Position numbers and translations under genes: made by a program. Source: Camelus ferus (lineage: Eukaryota). Taken from it: a stretch of DNA of 64,000 bases. The stretch lies in assembly GCF_009834535.1 (NCBI RefSeq), contig NC_045732.1, positions 43,214,001 to 43,278,000 on the forward strand, written 5' to 3'. The notes beneath the pieces were generated by a model that ran no database searches, was not told where the DNA came from, and saw only the letters and a list, made by a program, of their open reading frames with translations. Of this stretch, positions 59,151-64,000 are shown one piece after another. Positions within the stretch are counted from its first letter, which is position 1; every line of letters starts with the position of its first letter.

Positions 59151-60214
59151 TAACCTAGACAGACTTGGCTAGACCTGGCTGTGAGCCCAGTCAGCAGGTC
59201 TAGAATCTGGAATGGCGGGGGGTGGGGAGGTGGTTCTTCGGTATAGGAGCAAGTCAGAGTGGTGGTGGCTGGAGGAGGGGGTGCTTCCAGATGAGAGAGA
59301 GAGGGACTGAGGGAGCTCAGAGAGGTGGTAAAATACCTCAGGCACAAACTTGGGGGAAAAACAGGCCTCGTGCTGCAGAAAGAGACATGCACTCCAAAGA
59401 CACACACAGAAGTACCATGAGAGAAGTACACAAACGTGTACCACCAGACACATTCACGTGATTTTGTCCTAGACACACATGCAGACATGCACTGTCACAC
59501 AGAGACTGACATCCACTGTCAGGCAGGCAGGCTGCCAGAAAGAGAGTTATGTCCCAGAGACACACTGGCACTCCAGAGATTCACAGACCTACACTGCCAT
59601 GTGACAAGGACACAGAAATGTTCTGACACACCGCCAAAACTTGTCACAAAGATACTGGCACCATCAGACATGCACTGTCACAGAAAGACTTGTACTGAGA
59701 AATGAGACCCAGAGTCTGTCACAGGAAGACACACAGATGCTCCAGAGACACACATGCACTGCTCCAAAGGCAGACATACACTTAGGTGATAAGAGCCACA
59801 GATAGGCAGTGCCACAAAAACAGACTTGGATAGACCCAGTCACAGATACATAACACAGCAGACATGCAGCATTGTTGCTGTAACTGTCCAGAAATAGCTA
59901 CCCAGAATCTGTCACAGGAATACAAGCGGACATCCATCCCATCAGAAAGAAACCACAGATGCACTGTCACAGACAGACCCACGCAGACATGCACTTGTCT
60001 CAGAAACAGACACAGACTGTCAGAGATAGAGTCCCACACTCAGTCACCATCTGACACACCTGGAAACAAGCCCTCATCTCACACAAACGACTAGAGAAAG
60101 ACACTTTGTGAGATGCGCATGAAGACTTGGGACTCACTGCAGTCTCTCTCACATGTGCACGTGCACACCCCCCAACACACACCCAAAAAGCAAATATACA
60201 CATGTACTCTCCCT

Positions 60215-60560
60215 TATTCATCCAACATTTATTAGGGGTCTACTGTAAGCCTGCCAGGCCCTAGAGGGGGTGCAGATATTAAGAGATACACAGATAAGTC
60301 AGGCATCATAGCCCTTGCCCAGGAAGCTGATAGTACAGTTACCGGGGAGGGACTAAAGACATACTTGTAGATAGAGGTGAGAATATAGATGGGTCACACG
60401 GGGCTTCTCAGAAGAAGACCCTCTACCCATCTTGAAAGACAAGGTTGGAGGCTTGGGACAGGGGAAGACCAAATTCCAGGCAAAGGCCAAGGAAACTGGA
60501 CAGAGCAGCAGGATGAAGTAGGCAGGGGCCAAATGGTGCAGAAACTTCAACATCAGGATA
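60215..60560 (-). mobile_element. L2 fragment
   Basis: TTATTCATCCAACATTTATTAGGGGTCTACTG...GCCCTTGCCCAGGAAGCT. Confidence 0.65.
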
Positions 60561-61461
60561 ACAAATAATACCCGCTTACATTTGAGCTCTCAGGATGTGC
60601 CAGGCACCGTGCTATCATACATTATGTTGACCATATGCACTCTCTCTCAATGCTCACTGCCAGAGAGAGTGTGAGGTAGTACATGGGACACTTGAAACTG
60701 AGAGCCTGTGTTGTGAGTCACAGTTAGAAAAAGCCAAGATTTCAAGCCAACTCTCCAACATACACGTGCTTGACCAGAGGATTCCAGAGACACCCTGCAG
60801 ACAGCCACACCCTCACCTGTGGAACTGGACACACACTCTTCCATAGGGGTACCCCATTATTGAGGGACATCAAAAAAGACAACTGACAAAACCTGGGCTT
60901 TACCCCTAGGAAGGGCAGGGACAGAAGTTATCAACAGAACTGGGGAATGTGAACAAAAAAGGGTTTAGCTGTTCCCTAGCTTCTAAAACCCAGTGAGGGG
61001 GTCCCCTCTGGTCACTTCCACTAAACTCATGTTGCTAATAAGAAACCATTGTGCCTGTTTAAAGCATTTCCTCATCAAACAATCACAAAGAGCGAGCAAA
61101 AACATACGGGACAAGAGGCAGTCAGAGAAGTTGGAAGTTCAGTCCCTGCCCTCAAGCTCACAGTTCTCTGCTCCCATTACACCCCAGGAAATAGGGTGGG
61201 CAGGCTATATCCTGTGCCAATACCGAGGCAGGGACAGCGGGCAAAGACAGAGCTTTCTTGGTGGTAACACGTCCAGAAGATAGTTTAGTAAGCAGTGAAT
61301 CAAATATGAACAAACTCTGGGCCCCCACACAGACCCTACTGGAGAGCATGCGGCCCCCAGAGGTCAAGCCAAGGCCTGTGCCATCACCGCCTCTGCCCAG
61401 AGGCCCACCCACCCCCTGCCCCACACAGAACAAAGGTGCTCAGGGGAAACTGACATTTGGT

Positions 61462-61467
61462 TTTATT
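61462..61467 (-). terminator. OTUD5 distal polyadenylation signal (ATTAAA variant more proximal at 61889-61894)
   Basis: TTTATT / TTTAAT on + strand downstream of the OTUD5 last exon. Confidence 0.6.
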
Positions 61468-62371
61468 GTGCCAAGGACATTACAGATGGCGGATCTTGTC
61501 GACACCTGCAGGGCACGGGTGCCCCATCTGCTGAGGCTGCTCCCACTCCCCACACTCAAATCCTGGGCGGCGGCCATGATCCTCAAAAGTGCCCCCCACC
61601 CAGAAAAAGACTAGTGGTGGTGGTGGAAGCATAAGGAATGCAGCGAGGTCAGTCTCATTGTCCAAAAAGCCCACTTGACACCTGCCCCCCTCGTCCCCAT
61701 CCCCGGCTCACGCCCTAGACCCTGCCCACCTCCACAGAGCTGGAGGCCAGGGACAACAAACACATCTTTGTGCCCCCTCTGTGCCCCATGGCCTGCCTGC
61801 CCCCAAACCAGAGATGCCGCCTTCATAGAGCCAATACTGTTGTCTACATCACTTTTTGATTGAATGATTTTATAAGATAAAAGTACATTTTAATAAAGAA
61901 AAATTCAACATTGAAGGCTCAGACATTCTTGGGGGTACTGGGAAGGGGATATTCCCACTTCTTCCTCCCACCTCCCTGGCATCACTGTGGAGGTGGGGTG
62001 ACAATTTTCTGATCTTGGAAAGAACTGGGGGCAGGGAGACTTCCCTCTGTCTGAATGTCTGTCTTCAGGGGCTGCCTGGCTGCCAGTTGGTTTGTCTGTG
62101 TGCCTCTCGCCTACCTTCAGCACCCTTGCCCGAGTCCCCTGTGGAATGCAGGGATGGTGCTGTGCAGGGGGCAAGAGGGCACATCAGCTGGCGAAGAGAC
62201 AGGTGATGGTGGTGGTGGCAGCGATGAGAGGGCGCGCAGGGGTGGGCCAGCCAGAGGGAAGTGGGGAAGGAAAGGAGGGGAGAGAGGGAAGAAGGAAGAA
62301 GGCAAGAGGGAAGAAAGCCAAAGAAGGTGGGGTGGCACCGGAGGGCAGGAGTGGTGGGGGTTGGGAGACGG

Positions 62372-63218
62372 NNNNNNNNNNNNNNNNNNNNNNNNNNNNN
62401 NNNNNNNNNNNNNNNNNNNNNNNNNNNNNNNNNNNNNNNNNNNNNNNNNNNNNNNNNNNNNNNNNNNNNNNNNNNNNNNNNNNNNNNNNNNNNNNNNNNN
62501 NNNNNNNNNNNNNNNNNNNGGGCAAGAAGGGAAAAAGGATGACAGAGCACTCTCAGCCTGCCTTCTTGCCCTTCACTGACCCCTGGCTCTGGAGAGATCC
62601 CATCCAGGGATCTCATTCCTTTCTCCAAGGAAAAGGCTCCTCTGGGCCCACATCACCCCACTCAGAGCCCCTCTGGGACAGACCCTTGAGCCTGAAAGTC
62701 TCTTTCCCTGGGAGATGGCCAGAGGCTCCAGAAGCTCCCTCTCAGGACTTTCTGCTTCTTCCATCTCTCCCCAACTCCCAGCTGGTCCCTGGCCCCTAGA
62801 CAGAGGAGGCTTACCAAAGGCAGAAGGGGACATCTGCTGAATGAGGGCCCGGCACTCCAGAGCAGGGTAGAGGGACACAAGGGGGGAAGTAGCCCGGTCG
62901 GCCCCTGTCGAGAACTGGCTGCTTGTACCTGGGGCAGATGGAGAGTCAGAGGCAGGGCCCAGGACCTAGGCAGGACCTCCTAACCCCTGCACGCTCCCTG
63001 CCAGCGAGTCACTGACCTGGTGCACAGGGTGAAGGAGGTTTGGCAAGAGCTAAGACAGTGCCTGGGGAAGGGGGCTTGATGCCCAACTCGGCATGCAGCT
63101 CAGGGTGCTCAGGAGACGAGGCTGAACTCCGCTGCCGCGGGGACCGGCTGGTCCACTCCTCTAGGCCACTGGAGGCTGCTGCAGTGGCAGAACTGCATGT
63201 GGCACTGGCTTTCCGGGG
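62372..63218 (-). CDS. OTUD5: OTU deubiquitinase 5, 3' coding exons (partial; last coding exon inferred inside N-run 62372-62519)
   Basis: Exon 63218-63017: [46 protein letters not shown]...PSPCAP. Exon 62928-62815: [40 protein letters not shown] polypyrimidine tract leads into the gap. Confidence 0.93.
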
Positions 63219-63419
63219 CTGTGGTGGGAGAGAAGGAGGTAAGTACCAACACCAGATGCAACACTCCTCTGCCCCATCCCCAAAGGGCTCACTCCACACC
63301 AGAATCCTGGCTATGACACAGCTTCTACATAGGCCACCATCATTCCTAGTCACACAACAGACCACAGGATGAAGGTAAGCTCCTTAACCCCCTTTCACAT
63401 CCTTATAAAGCCAATCTGA

Positions 63420-64000
63420 CAGGGAACCTGTTACCTCTACCTTTAAAGTAAATCCAAACCTATCCCCTTCTCACCCTCTCCTTTGCCAGAACCATCATCA
63501 GTCACCAAGAATACCACAGCAGCCTTCTCTTTGGCTGGTCCCCCTGCTTCCACCTTTGCCCCCTAGACTCCGTTCTACTCTTAGCAGTCTGGGGGATCCT
63601 GTTAAATCCTACGTCAGATCCCATTCTTCCTCTGCTCACAACCCTCTCATGGCTTCTGCCTCACTCAGAATAAAAGCCAAAGTCCTTACCACAGCCCACA
63701 AAAGCCCCTTCCAATCTGCTCCGCCCACCCCACTTTTCTAACTCCATCTACTACCACATTCTGTTCAGCCACACTGGCCTCCGGGCTGCTCCTGAATCAC
63801 ACCAGGTATGCACTTACCTCCGGGTCTTTGCTCCTGCTGGCCCTCTGCCTTCCCTGGCTCAGGCACTTAACTAATTTCCTCACCTTCTGCAAGCTTTAGC
63901 TTAAATCTCACCTGCTCTAAGGCTGACCCTGACAATGCAACTTAATATTGTGAACTCCCAGCCCTACTCAGCCCTACTCATACCCTTTACCCTGCTCTAC
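63420..64000 (+). mobile_element. L2 fragment in an OTUD5 intron
   Basis: CTCTACCTTTAAAG...CTGCTCACAACCCTCTCATGGCTTC...AAAGCCAAAGTCCTTACCACAGCC. Confidence 0.8.

Overview
Mammalian genomic DNA syntenic with human Xp11.23. The lineage is probably camelid, judged from a dense tRNA-derived SINE family (GGGAGGGTATAGCTCAGTGGTAGAGC...) and matching young L1 3' ends. Gene order: HDAC6 3' exons (+), ERAS (+), PCSK1N (-), a ~21-kb repeat-rich interval, a GC-rich unique block at 33.0-35.7 kb, TIMM17B (-), PQBP1 (+), SLC35A2 (-), PIM2 (-), OTUD5 3' exons (-). Exon boundaries were derived by hand from GT/AG sites and frame continuity with recalled orthologue proteins. All visible coding exons are intact; five N-runs of 132-156 nt hide parts of SLC35A2 and OTUD5. 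I found no convincing new multi-gene system. The best leads are: a 5'-truncated SYT5 processed pseudogene split by a second unidentified retro-insertion; proSAAS ending LLP rather than LLPP (shortened BigLEN); a compact NRF1/CTCF/MYB/RFX element in PIM2 intron 3; a possible unannotated or decayed + strand spliced unit at 33.0-35.7 kb; and several degenerate tandem arrays in introns. Repeat subfamily names are pattern-recognition calls and need RepeatMasker/Dfam confirmation.
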